Translations under genes and position numbers: made by a program
Shown here: positions 63,026 to 64,000 of the stretch, piece after piece
Layout: the number at the start of each line of letters is the position of its first letter
Position numbering within the stretch: position 1 is the stretch's first letter
Source: Aplysia californica
Taxonomy: Eukaryota
Length of the DNA: 64,000 nt
NCBI RefSeq assembly: GCF_000002075.1
Contig: NW_004797297.1
Span: 2,219,272-2,283,271 of the forward strand
Reading direction: 5' to 3'
Notes under the pieces: generated by a model
Databases searched by the model: none
Seen by the model: the letters and a program-made list of their open reading frames with translations, nothing else
What the model was told of the DNA's origin: nothing

Positions 63026-63511
63026 TAAGTGTTTTACAACGCTCGCGACTGCAAAAGGTCATATGACACATTAAACCTTTTCAGTTTAGTAGGAATTAAT
63101 TTTAAATTTTACCCGGGTGGCGCCGAAGCCTACTCTTATCGATTTTTGGACCACCAAATGAACTTTAACGTGCATAACTTGCACACGGAACCCCCGAGAT
63201 TTTTCGACTTATCCGAGAAAGCTAGGTGTTAGATCTTACCTACCCTAAGATCAGGGGTGTGGATGAAAGACAGCTGTAAGAAGAAGTAGCCAAGGAGTAG
63301 CAGTAGAAAGGCTGCAGAAAGAATTAGGAGCCTAGAGGGGATAAAAGGGTGGGGCAAAAAGTGGAGATGAACGCAGACGACTGAACATGGTTAGAGAGAG
63401 AATAAAGGGGAAAGTTTTAGAAAAGAACATTTTTCATCGCTGTCAGGTTACGAACTCGGGACCTATTGTATGAGAGGCAAACAACGTAACCTCTTTACCA
63501 CGAGAGCCCCC
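63026..63511 (-). mobile_element. Second copy of the same SINE family, reverse orientation
   Basis: Reverse complement reads gggggctctcgtggtaaagaggt...gtaagatctaacacctagctttctcggataag...gataagagtaggcttcggc...catatgaccttttgcagtcgcgagcgttgtaaaac. Confidence 0.75.
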
Positions 63512-64000
63512 GAATATAGATTCGGATAGCGTCTTCTCAGCGTCTTGATTTTTATGACTCCAGATCTTGCTTTCTGAAACGAACTTGTATTCTAATAAAC
63601 TTTTGTGGCAGCAACTTTGTCACTATCAGACCTCTCCGTGGGACCAGTTAGTGGGTATCAAAGTAAAGAAGAAATCATAGTAAATTAAGGATGATTTTCA
63701 ACAAAGTCAGTGCAAATAAAAAGCAGATTAAGATCTTCATGTGAGTTGATAAAAATATTGATGCAAATAAACATGGCTTTATTCCGTTTCAAAATAATCT
63801 TTAGGGAGTGCTTTCAAAGCATGACATGTTCAGTGCGCGCGCAGAAATCATATTATGCTCCTGTGTTCTTGACCATACATACAAAACATACTGTTTGAAG
63901 AGTAGAACGTGGATGTTGAAAGCGAGAGTTAGTCCGTCAAGCTCCACTTGTAGCCTCTCGTCTTCCCTCCCTTATTTCAGGTGGCGCCTTCGGGATGAGT

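Overview
Eukaryotic, AT-rich draft-assembly DNA with seven N-gaps and many microsatellites. Gene content points to a gastropod mollusc, most plausibly Aplysia or a relative (inferred, not proven). Bases 1-30.5 kb hold the 3' part of an MTSS1/MIM (I-BAR family) gene on the + strand. I traced ten coding exons with consistent GT-AG phases, from the end of the IMD domain to the stop at 30472. Bases 44-62 kb hold two paralogous intronless rhodopsin-type GPCRs of the Aplysia candidate chemoreceptor type. Between them lies a two-exon gene for a secreted protein that the ORF track captures only in part: signal peptide + FREP-type IgSF domain + coiled coil + H-type lectin domain. This is the most interesting item in the window. 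Within MTSS1, two consecutive exons have ~570-600 nt AG-free zones upstream. One exon looks like a tandem duplicate that can also act as an alternative last exon. The C-terminus has an ActA/zyxin-like EVH1 ligand and an eroded WH2 motif. The rest is transposon debris: an RTE LINE with a nested Helitron-like element, several MITEs, tRNA-derived SINEs sharing a 3' stem-loop tail with LINE 3' fragments, and a short antisense 28S rRNA fragment. All calls are by eye; no searches were run.
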